Assembly: GCA_041656135.1 (NCBI GenBank)
Contig: JBBAEC010000004.1
Span: 53,460-117,459 of the forward strand
Length of the DNA stretch: 64,000 nucleotides
Direction: 5' to 3'
Origin: Balneolaceae bacterium
Lineage (GTDB): Bacteria; Bacteroidota; Rhodothermia; Balneolales; Balneolaceae
How positions within the stretch are numbered: position 1 is the stretch's first letter; each line of letters starts with the position of its first letter. Shown in pieces: positions 1 through 8,016 of this stretch. Both the position numbers and the translations under genes were made by a program. Under the pieces are notes generated by a model. It saw only the letters and a program-made list of their open reading frames with translations, searched no databases and had not been told where the DNA came from.

Positions 1-936
1 TTATTATATAATCGCCGTGGTTTTGCAAGTTATTTGCAGTGTGGAGATTGTGGACATATTCCTCAAAGTCCAGAATGCTCGGTAAGTTTAACCTATCACA
101 GACGAAAAAACATCCTTCTATGTCATTATTCCGGATATTCTAGGCGTGCAGATACGCAATGTGAGCAGTGTGGTTCAAATAATCTAATTACACAAGGTTC
201 CGGTACTCAAAAAGTTGAAGAAGAATTAGCAGATTTATTCCCCGAAGCAAATATCATTCGTTTCGATAGAGATTCTACTTCCCGCAAAGGGGCGCATGAA
301 AAAATACTGACTGCATTTGGTAATGGCGAAGCAGACATTATGGTGGGAACACAACTGGTTGCGAAAGGGCTCGACTTCCCCAATGTAACCGTAGTGGGAG
401 TTATTGATGCTGATACTGAATTAGCATTCCCATCCTTTCAGTCTACCGAACGTATGTACCAATTATTAAGCCAAGTAGCAGGCCGCTCGGGGAGAGGTGG
501 AAAGCTAGGCAAGGTTTATATTCAAACTAGAAGTCCTGAAAACTCTGCCATACAGTTTGCAAAACGGCACGACCATGAAGGTTTTTCTAAAGAAGAAATG
601 GGATTTCGGAAGCCCTTAAATTATCCGCCATACTCGCGGTTAATACAGTTTGTATTGAAAGGGAGAACGGAAAATGAAGTCAGTAATTCGGCACATTTGC
701 TCACCGATGTGGTACGCAGAGTGGTACCAGATTTGGATGTTTTGGGCCCATCACCATCGGCTATAGCTTGGGTAAATAGGAATTATTTTTGGGAAGTGAT
801 GGTAAAAATCAGTCCTGAAAAAGGAGATGGTTACATCGAAAAGCTTTTAGATAAGGTGATGGAAGTGTATAGATATGAGACTTCAATAAGCGAGAACAAA
901 GTTCGAATTAATATAAATGTAGATTCGATTAGGTAA
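1..936 (+). CDS. priA: primosomal replication protein N' (PriA helicase), C-terminal part; 5' end outside window
   Basis: Frame 1 is open from base 1 (LLYNRRGFASYLQCGDCG...). It has a Cys-rich zinc-finger region (CGDCG ... CEQCG). Helicase C-terminal motifs follow (GTQKVEEEL, MVGTQLVAKGLDFPNVT, QVAGRSGRG), all typical of PriA. Confidence 0.9.
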   Translation, partial: LLYNRRGFASYLQCGDCGHIPQSPECSVSLTYHRRKNILLCHYSGYSRRADTQCEQCGSNNLITQGSGTQKVEEELADLFPEANIIRFDRDSTSRKGAHEKILTAFGNGEADIMVGTQLVAKGLDFPNVTVVGVIDADTELAFPSFQSTERMYQLLSQVAGRSGRGGKLGKVYIQTRSPENSAIQFAKRHDHEGFSKEEMGFRKPLNYPPYSRLIQFVLKGRTENEVSNSAHLLTDVVRRVVPDLDVLGPSPSAIAWVNRNYFWEVMVKISPEKGDGYIEKLLDKVMEVYRYETSISENKVRININVDSIR

Positions 937-965
937 GTTTTAGTAGCTGGCTAGTTGGTTCCAAT

Positions 966-1475
966 TTAGAACTCTTTCCCGAATGAAAGACCAAAGTATA
1001 ACTTCATATTTGACAATAAATCCATATTTCTGGAATAGGGAGTGAAGCTAACCTTAAAGAATTGCCCTGTTTTTGCATCTAAAAATTTTGTACCAATAGA
1101 AGATGTGAAGTAGATGTCTGCATCATCACCAAATAAAACCAAAGTAGTCCCCAAGCCAGCTTCTAATTTTATAGTCTTATTTAATTTTAGATGACGGTTG
1201 ATTAGAACTGGTATTGTAACAAGGGGGTTGGAATGCCTTTGGTTTATATGATTATCTACTGGTCCATACGAAGCTCCTAAGCGTAAATATAAATTTTTTC
1301 TTAGTGCCTGTTCAATATTAATAGAATAGAGGAATCCATTGCCTAACAATTCAAAATATACCGAGTTTTTAGCGAATGCAACATCCTTAGCCCCACTTGT
1401 TTTCACATGCTGAGCATAAGTAAGGGTACTTGTTAGAAGTAGAATCGATATTAAGAGTGGAAAAATTTTAATCAT
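966..1475 (-). CDS. small secreted protein, probable outer-membrane beta-barrel (paralog A)
   Basis: The ATG at 1475 gives a classic signal peptide, MIKIFPLLISILLLTSTLTYAQ. The ORF-track start at 1496 only adds MYGGVHT. The mature part has an alternating beta-strand-like pattern and a C-terminal ...GLSFGKEF with terminal Phe. Paralog of 1653..2159. Confidence 0.6.
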   Translation of the reverse strand: MIKIFPLLISILLLTSTLTYAQHVKTSGAKDVAFAKNSVYFELLGNGFLYSINIEQALRKNLYLRLGASYGPVDNHINQRHSNPLVTIPVLINRHLKLNKTIKLEAGLGTTLVLFGDDADIYFTSSIGTKFLDAKTGQFFKVSFTPYSRNMDLLSNMKLYFGLSFGKEF

Positions 1476-1652
1476 AGTATGAACCCCGCCATACATAATG
1501 CGAAGTGTGTTATTCTATTTCACAATTAAACATACTAGTTAAACTTATATAGAATATCAATCTAGGTGCTCCAATAAGCGAGTCTGTGGTTTGAACTAAT
1601 ATAGATGAGGATTCGATTAGGTAGGATTAGCAGCAGGTAAGTTGGCTCCTAA

Positions 1653-2159
1653 TTAGAACTCTTTCCCGAATGAAATGCCATAGCCTACTCTCAGGTTTAA
1701 ATGTAATTCTTTGTTTTTAGAGTAGGGGGTTAAGCTAAACTTAATGAAATGCCCTGTATTTGGATTTAAAGATTTTAAACCAATAGAAGATGTGTAGTAT
1801 ATATTTGAATCTTCACCTAAAAGAACGAGAGTAGTTCCCAGACCAGCTTCGAGAAATGCTTTTCTGCTTAACTTTAGATGGTAGTTGATTAAAATTGGAA
1901 GTGTAATGTGGCGGTCGACAAACGTATTTCTGCGACCTATTCCTGGTCCATACGCAGCTCCAAGGCGTAACGAAGAATTTTTGAAAAATGATCTTTCATA
2001 ATTAATTGAATAAAGAAAACCATTACCTAGCAATTCCAAATAGATAGCGTTTTTATTGGAAACAACTGCCGCACCCTTATCTGAATGCACAGGCTGAGCA
2101 TAATTAAGGGTACTTGTTAGAAGTAGAATCGATATTAAGAGTGGAAAAATTTTAATCAT
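1653..2159 (-). CDS. small secreted protein, probable outer-membrane beta-barrel (paralog B)
   Basis: The signal peptide MIKIFPLLISILLLTSTLNYAQ is identical to paralog A except for one residue. The shared core is LELLGNGFLYSIN...LRLGA.YGP...EAGLGTTLVL. The C-terminus is ...GISFGKEF. Confidence 0.6.
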   Translation of the reverse strand: MIKIFPLLISILLLTSTLNYAQPVHSDKGAAVVSNKNAIYLELLGNGFLYSINYERSFFKNSSLRLGAAYGPGIGRRNTFVDRHITLPILINYHLKLSRKAFLEAGLGTTLVLLGEDSNIYYTSSIGLKSLNPNTGHFIKFSLTPYSKNKELHLNLRVGYGISFGKEF

Positions 2160-2310
2160 GTTGTGAGCCTAACATAAATAAATAGAAAGAGTGTGAGTCT
2201 ATTTCACAATGAAACATACTAAATAAAAAACACTGAATATTTTTATTCGCTTGCAATAAACATATTAAAGTATGTATTTACACCTATAAGTTTTAACGAG
2301 GTTTAAATAT

Positions 2311-4233
2311 ATGGGTGAGGAAAGGGTAAAATTAGCCGAAAGCGATGAGCAGATGCAGAACTTTATGAAGTATGTGCTCAAAGATTTACGTGCGCTAAAA
2401 AGAATGTTAGATGAAGAGTGGTTTGAAACAGATACCATTCGGATTGGAGCCGAGCAAGAGCTTTGTTTGATTGATAATAATGCCAAGCCACTTAATATAG
2501 CGATGCAAGCTATGGATGCTCTAGGGCAGGGAAACTATACTACCGAACTAGCACAGTTTAATCTTGAAATTAACTTAGAGCCCTTAGAATTTACTGGAAA
2601 CTGCCTTTCTACCATGGAATATAATTTGCAAACCGAGGTGGAATACGTGCGCAAAACTATTCAAGGTTTAGGGGGTGATATTCTGCTAACTGGAATTTTG
2701 CCTACCATTCGAAAGTCGGATGTAGATATTGAAAATCTCACGCCCTTACCTCGTTACCAAGCTTTATGCGATGCAATTGATAAACAACGAGGTAAGGAAT
2801 ACGAGCTAAGAATTCAGGGAATGGACGAGCTTCGGATGAAATTTGATACTCCATTACTTGAAGGATGTAATACAGGATTTCAAGTTCATTTACAGGTTAA
2901 ACCGAAAGAATTCGTTAGTAAATACAATATTGCCCAAGCTGTAACTGCTCCCGTTTTGGCAAGCGCTGTGAATTCACCCATTTTATTTGGGAAAAGACTT
3001 TGGGCAGAAACTAGAATCGCCTTATTTCATCAATCGGTTGATACTAGATCGGTAGGTGAGCATTTAAGAGACAGTAGCCCTCGAGTAACTTTTGGCAACG
3101 CTTGGTTGAAGAATAGTATTCTGGATATTTATAAAGAGGATATTTCTAGATACAGAGTAATGCTCAGTTCCGATATAATTGAAAACGTGGAAGAGCTGAT
3201 GGAGAAGGGAATTCCACCCGAATTGATGGCACTAAAAGTACACAATGGAACAGTGTATAGATGGAATAGACCTTGTTACGGAGTAGCAGGTGGCGTTCCA
3301 CATTTGAGAATTGAGAATAGGGTGCTGCCATCGGGGCCAACTGTAGTAGATGAAATGGCGAATACCGCGTTTTGGTTGGGTTTACTAAATGGCTTTGAAG
3401 ATGAATATGCCGACATCACCAAAGTGCTCGATTTTGATGATGCAAAGTTGAACTTTTTTGCTGCATCAAAGCTTGGTTTAGACACTAATTTTGTTTGGGC
3501 AAATGATCGAAAAGTTTCAGCCAAAGACCTCATCTCTGACGAGTTGTTACCCATTGCCAAGCATGGCTTAGAAAAAGCGGGAGTTATAAAATCTGATATT
3601 GATACCTATTTAGATGTTATTAAAGATCGAGTAGAATCATCTAAAACAGGCTCTTATTGGGTGGTTAAATCTTATAGTAATTTGATTAAACATTCAAATC
3701 GTGAACAAACACTTTCTACCATCACTAAGGCAATGGTTAATAATCAAAAGAAAGGAGAGCCCGTTCATAAATGGGGCTTTGCTAGACTTGAGGATGTTGA
3801 CCATTGGAAGCCAAGCAGTTTATTGGTAGAAGAGTTTATGACTACAGATTTATTTACGGCTCGTAAAAATGATCTTACTGAGTTTGCTGCCAATTTAATG
3901 GACTGGCGTCGTATTAAATATGTACCTGTAGAAGACGACCAGAAGCATTTGGTAGGCTTGATTTCTATGCGAATGATTATGAGAGAATATTCTAAAATCA
4001 TACACGAAGAGACTAATACAGGGCATACTATTGGCGATATTATGATATCAAATCCTATAACCATTCACCCAGAGGCATCTATTATTGAGGCTATGACTAT
4101 AATGCAAGAACAAATGATTGGGTGTTTACCTGTGGTAAAAAATAGTAGGCTAGTTGGAGTTATTACAGAAGAGAATTTTATGGATATTAGCCGGCGCTTG
4201 TTAAAAACATTAGCTAATGATAAAGGCGGTTAA
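2311..4233 (+). CDS. glutamate-cysteine ligase family 2 (carboxylate-amine ligase)-like domain fused to a C-terminal CBS pair
   Basis: The N-terminal ~450 aa carry GCS2/YbdK-like motifs (IGAEQELCLID, GFQVHLQV, HLRIENRVLP). The C-terminal ~130 aa contain two CBS repeats (...KHLVGLISMRMI... and ...SRLVGVITEENFMDI). Confidence 0.7.
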   Translation: MGEERVKLAESDEQMQNFMKYVLKDLRALKRMLDEEWFETDTIRIGAEQELCLIDNNAKPLNIAMQAMDALGQGNYTTELAQFNLEINLEPLEFTGNCLSTMEYNLQTEVEYVRKTIQGLGGDILLTGILPTIRKSDVDIENLTPLPRYQALCDAIDKQRGKEYELRIQGMDELRMKFDTPLLEGCNTGFQVHLQVKPKEFVSKYNIAQAVTAPVLASAVNSPILFGKRLWAETRIALFHQSVDTRSVGEHLRDSSPRVTFGNAWLKNSILDIYKEDISRYRVMLSSDIIENVEELMEKGIPPELMALKVHNGTVYRWNRPCYGVAGGVPHLRIENRVLPSGPTVVDEMANTAFWLGLLNGFEDEYADITKVLDFDDAKLNFFAASKLGLDTNFVWANDRKVSAKDLISDELLPIAKHGLEKAGVIKSDIDTYLDVIKDRVESSKTGSYWVVKSYSNLIKHSNREQTLSTITKAMVNNQKKGEPVHKWGFARLEDVDHWKPSSLLVEEFMTTDLFTARKNDLTEFAANLMDWRRIKYVPVEDDQKHLVGLISMRMIMREYSKIIHEETNTGHTIGDIMISNPITIHPEASIIEAMTIMQEQMIGCLPVVKNSRLVGVITEENFMDISRRLLKTLANDKGG

Positions 4234-4288
4234 CCCGAATTATTCATGAATAAAAAAATAAAAATCGATGAATAATCCAGGTTAGTAG

Positions 4289-5239
4289 ATGATATTTCCA
4301 GAAATTACTGAGGAAACGAAACGAGTTAAGGCACACTTATTAGGCGAAATTAAAGGCGCAAAGACAGGACCAATTATTATTGCAATGGGCGGGGCTCATG
4401 GAAACGAAGAAACGGGAGTTACTGTAATACAGCAGGTTCTTGAGATGCTCACACCTCTCGAAAAGGAAATTAAAGGGCGATTTATTGGTATAAAAGGGAA
4501 TATATCTGCACTTCAGAAAAAAGAGCGATTCATAAGTGAAGACATGAATCGTTTATGGAAGGCGTCCATTTTGGACAAAATCCGAAGAACACCCTATGAC
4601 CAACTAACTTCTCCCGACAGAGCAGAAATTAAAGATTTGTTGCAAATTTTAGATCCCATTGTACTTTCAGAAAATGGTGCCGAAGTTATTTTTATCGACT
4701 TGCACACTTTTTCGGGAGAGGGTGGAATGTTTTGTATAACTCCACGTAAAGAGCGTAACATTGAAGTGCTCAGCCCTTTGAATATTCCCTTAATTTTTGG
4801 AATTGAACAAGCCCTGCAAGGCACTTCCATGGAATATTTGAATGAAGCAGGCCATATAGGAATTGCATTTGAAACAGGAACACACGGTACCGAGCAGGCT
4901 GAGAAAAATGCGCTAGCAGGACTTTTGGTTTTACTTACAAGTGCTGGCCTCATTGCATCAACAGAAATACCTGGTTTTGATACATACTATGCGTATTTGA
5001 TGGCTAAGGTTGAGAACTTCCCTCATAAAGTAGAATATGTGTACAAGCATATTATTGAGGATGGGGATGAATTTGTAATGAAGTCTGATTTTAAAAACTT
5101 TGATATTATAAGAAAGGGAGACTTGTTAGCAGAAGATAAAAATGGGGAGATTCGTGCCTTAGTTGACGGTTATCTGCTTATGCCATTATATCAAAAACAG
5201 GGTAATGATGGATTTTTTATAATAAGAGCATGTAAATAG
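4289..5239 (+). CDS. succinylglutamate desuccinylase/aspartoacylase (AstE/AspA) family zinc deacylase
   Basis: GPIIIAMGGAHGNEETG (HxxE zinc motif), SEDMNRLW and FIDLHTFSG are family-typical. No signal peptide. Confidence 0.75.
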   Translation: MIFPEITEETKRVKAHLLGEIKGAKTGPIIIAMGGAHGNEETGVTVIQQVLEMLTPLEKEIKGRFIGIKGNISALQKKERFISEDMNRLWKASILDKIRRTPYDQLTSPDRAEIKDLLQILDPIVLSENGAEVIFIDLHTFSGEGGMFCITPRKERNIEVLSPLNIPLIFGIEQALQGTSMEYLNEAGHIGIAFETGTHGTEQAEKNALAGLLVLLTSAGLIASTEIPGFDTYYAYLMAKVENFPHKVEYVYKHIIEDGDEFVMKSDFKNFDIIRKGDLLAEDKNGEIRALVDGYLLMPLYQKQGNDGFFIIRACK

Positions 5240-5329
5240 CTAACTTTGCAACGAGAAATATTATCAAATTAGGGAAATTGATGCCAAGAGAGTTATTTTA
5301 GCTCTCTATAACTACGAAAATTTAAAAGT

Positions 5330-6079
5330 GTGAATAAGAATTTAAACGACTACCAATTTATAGACGGAACTCGGTTGTCTTCGGTAATCGAAGCCCTGAT
5401 ATTTGCTAGTGATGAGCCCATTGCTGCTGAAAAAATTGTTAAGATAATAGTAGATAACGAAGAGCAAATTGAGATATCTGAAGAGACCGTAGATTTGTTT
5501 GTGGATAAATTGAATGCCCGTTACGAAGAACAAACCCAGAGTTTTCATATCGAGAAGATGGGAGGGGGCTACACTTTTTTAACACACAAAAAGTATCATT
5601 ATTGGCTAAGTATATATCAGCATGAAAATGCTTATCGCAAGCTCTCGCAAGCAGCCATCGAAAGCTTAGCTATAGTGGCATACAGGCAACCTATAACCAA
5701 ACCCGAAGTAGATCAGATTAGGGGAGTAGATTCTGGTTATATCATCCGCCAGCTTATGGAGAAAGCACTTATTGAAGTTTCGGGGCGCGCAGATAGGCCA
5801 GGTAAACCTTTGTTATATAGAACCACGAAGCATTTTTTACGCCATTTTGGAATTAATTCAGTTAATGAATTGCCCAAACCAAGGGAAATTGAAGAGATAT
5901 TGAAAGATGATGACATGGCAGAGCATAGGCAGTTATTACTTGAGCAATCTATTATTATGGAAGAGGGTAAGGCTGAGCATGAAATCGCAAATAAAAACGA
6001 TCAAAATGCTATAGTTGATAAAGATATTTTCGAAGACTCTGAACCAGATATTGAAGAAGCTTCTAACGAGGAAGAATAA
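5330..6079 (+). CDS. scpB: segregation and condensation protein B
   Basis: GTG start. Motifs include VIEALIFASDEPI, GGGYTF, LSQAAIESLAIVAYRQPITKPEVDQIRGV and GRADRPGKPLLYRTT. An acidic C-terminal tail is present. Followed by rluB, as in many bacteria. Confidence 0.85.
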   Translation: MNKNLNDYQFIDGTRLSSVIEALIFASDEPIAAEKIVKIIVDNEEQIEISEETVDLFVDKLNARYEEQTQSFHIEKMGGGYTFLTHKKYHYWLSIYQHENAYRKLSQAAIESLAIVAYRQPITKPEVDQIRGVDSGYIIRQLMEKALIEVSGRADRPGKPLLYRTTKHFLRHFGINSVNELPKPREIEEILKDDDMAEHRQLLLEQSIIMEEGKAEHEIANKNDQNAIVDKDIFEDSEPDIEEASNEEE

Positions 6080-6127
6080 TTTATAACATTTTGTATTACA
6101 GCACATCGTTTTAGTTAACTTAGACGT

Positions 6128-7021
6128 ATGAAAAAAAATAGAAATAGACCGAATACCTCCAAAAGGAAACCCAAAGCCGAAGGTGGCCCAAAATCAGAAA
6201 TGAAAAAGGGCAAAAGAACACCGAATAAATTAAGTATAAAGATTGATAAGAACCCTCTTAAAACAGAGCGTGTTATTAAAGAATCGGATGAAATTAGACT
6301 TAACAAGTTTATTGCACATGCAGGATTATGTAGCCGAAGAGATGCAGACAAGTATATTGTTGATGGCAAAGTTAAAATAAATGGCAATACAGTAACCGAG
6401 TTAGGAGTATCTGTTCGCAGGTCTGACAAGGTTGAAGTTGATGGGCAAAGAGTAAGCCTAGAGCCCTTTGTATATTTATTGCTAAATAAGCCGCGCAATA
6501 CCATTACAACTACCGATGATGAGAAAGGTAGAAATACGGTGCTAGATGAGATTGAAGACGCTACAGGTGCTAGAGTTTATCCTGTAGGTAGGTTAGATAG
6601 AAACACAACAGGCCTGCTTATTTTAACAAATGATGGGGATTTAACTCACCGATTAACGCATCCTAGCTATAAAGTGCGAAAAACCTATGAGGTTGAGTCG
6701 GAGCGAGAACTAACAGACACCGAGTTAGCACAACTTGGAAAAGGTGTTGAGCTAGAAGATGGAATTGCAAAAGGGCATAACATTCAAAAGTACTCTGATG
6801 TATCAAAAACCATATTAATATCGGTGTATGAAGGCCGAAATCATTTGATACGTAGAATGGTGAAACATTTTGGGACAGAGGTAACTAAGCTTAAACGTGT
6901 TGAGTACGCAGGCTTAAATTTAAAAGATGTTAGAGTTGGCCGATGGCGTTTTCTACGACAGAATGAAGTAAATAGCCTGAGGAAACAAGTTAAATTAGAA
7001 CCTCTCGATTTTAAAAAATAG
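6128..7021 (+). CDS. rluB: 23S rRNA pseudouridine synthase, RluB/RsuA family, with Lys-rich N-terminal extension
   Basis: S4 domain (RLNKFIAHAGLCSRRDADKYI) and catalytic motif GRLDRNTTGLLILTNDG. A ~55-aa basic low-complexity N-terminus is present. Confidence 0.85.
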   Translation: MKKNRNRPNTSKRKPKAEGGPKSEMKKGKRTPNKLSIKIDKNPLKTERVIKESDEIRLNKFIAHAGLCSRRDADKYIVDGKVKINGNTVTELGVSVRRSDKVEVDGQRVSLEPFVYLLLNKPRNTITTTDDEKGRNTVLDEIEDATGARVYPVGRLDRNTTGLLILTNDGDLTHRLTHPSYKVRKTYEVESERELTDTELAQLGKGVELEDGIAKGHNIQKYSDVSKTILISVYEGRNHLIRRMVKHFGTEVTKLKRVEYAGLNLKDVRVGRWRFLRQNEVNSLRKQVKLEPLDFKK

Positions 7022-7023
7022 TA

Positions 7024-7905
7024 TTGATGGAGTTTGCAAATATTGCAGTAACTAGTGCAAAAGTAGATAATAAAGAAGGGTTAGCTATAAATTACGATTT
7101 ATATACCCCTATTAGTGGGGGCAATAAAGAGTTCCCTGTTATTATATTTTTGCATGGATTTAAAGGATTTAAAGATTGGGGCCCCTTCCCTGATGCGTGT
7201 GAAGAGCTTGCACGTGCTGGTTTTTGTGTGTTAGCTATAAATTTTTCACACAATGGTATTGGTGATGGCAAAACCGAGTATAAGCGTCTCGATTTATTCG
7301 AGGAAAATACACTTAGTTCAGATTTAGAGGATGTAAAAGCTGTAATAGATGCTTTGCAGGCAGAGAAAATTACCTCAGCACATGCATCACTTAATACGGA
7401 TGAAATGGGCATAATTGGGCATTCACGTGGTGGGCACACCGCTGTTGCAGCTGCCGTGGAATTTGAAGCTATTCACTGCATAGTAACATGGGCAGCAGTA
7501 GCTGATTATCTAAATCGAATTACTGATCGAGAAAAGAAAGATTGGGAAGAGAAGGGATACACCGAGTATCAGAACTCGCGCACTAATCAAATGATGAAAG
7601 TTAATAAGACTTTTTATGATGATTTATCGCAGAACGCTGATAAATTAATTGCCTTAAGAGTTGCTAAGTATTTGACTATTCCGTCGTTATTTATACATGG
7701 AAGAGAAGACGAGACTGTGCCTCAAACAGATGCTGAGCAACTGCATATTGCATGCACAGCAAAAGAGAATGAATTACGATTTATTGCTAATGCAGGGCAT
7801 ACATTTGGGGGAGCACATCCATTCGAGGATGATCATTTCCCAAAAGAGTTTGACGAACTACTCGACTATACTACAAGTTGGTTTAGGCAACACTTGCGAG
7901 GATAA
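7024..7905 (+). CDS. alpha/beta hydrolase (dienelactone hydrolase / S9-like esterase-peptidase fold)
   Basis: Nucleophile elbow GHSRGG, oxyanion-region IFLHGF, and late Asp/His (HGREDETV, NAGHTF). TTG at 7024 is immediately followed by ATG at 7027, and either could be the start. Confidence 0.75.
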   Translation: MMEFANIAVTSAKVDNKEGLAINYDLYTPISGGNKEFPVIIFLHGFKGFKDWGPFPDACEELARAGFCVLAINFSHNGIGDGKTEYKRLDLFEENTLSSDLEDVKAVIDALQAEKITSAHASLNTDEMGIIGHSRGGHTAVAAAVEFEAIHCIVTWAAVADYLNRITDREKKDWEEKGYTEYQNSRTNQMMKVNKTFYDDLSQNADKLIALRVAKYLTIPSLFIHGREDETVPQTDAEQLHIACTAKENELRFIANAGHTFGGAHPFEDDHFPKEFDELLDYTTSWFRQHLRG

Positions 7906-8016
7906 AAGGATATATATTAGGTGATATATTTTGGTAAAGAATACAATAATCCTTGATTTCCTCCTAAGTTTGTCTCACCTTACTCCACTTTAAAATTTTC
8001 ATAAAATAAAAGCAAA

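Larger units (their letters stand above)
885..2260. repeat. tandem duplication, period about 686 bp, two units each holding one small OMP-like gene plus flanks
   Basis: 885-936 (tcaataagcgag...gattcgattaggtaa, the last codons of priA) recurs at 1571-1624 (ccaataagcgag...gattcgattaggtag). The gene 3' ends (ttagaactctttcccgaatgaaa) recur at 966 and 1653. The signal-peptide segments at 1411-1475 and 2095-2159 are nearly identical. The upstream motif ctatttcacaat[t/g]aaacatact occurs near 1515 and 2200. Confidence 0.85.

Noticed and set aside
3276-7439. Several 90-130-aa minus-strand ORFs (3276-3560, 3765-4064, 4594-4953, 5342-5548, 6115-6504, 7092-7439)
   Set aside because: All are embedded antisense in well-supported plus-strand genes. 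They are low-complexity or Ser/Leu-rich with no recognisable domains.
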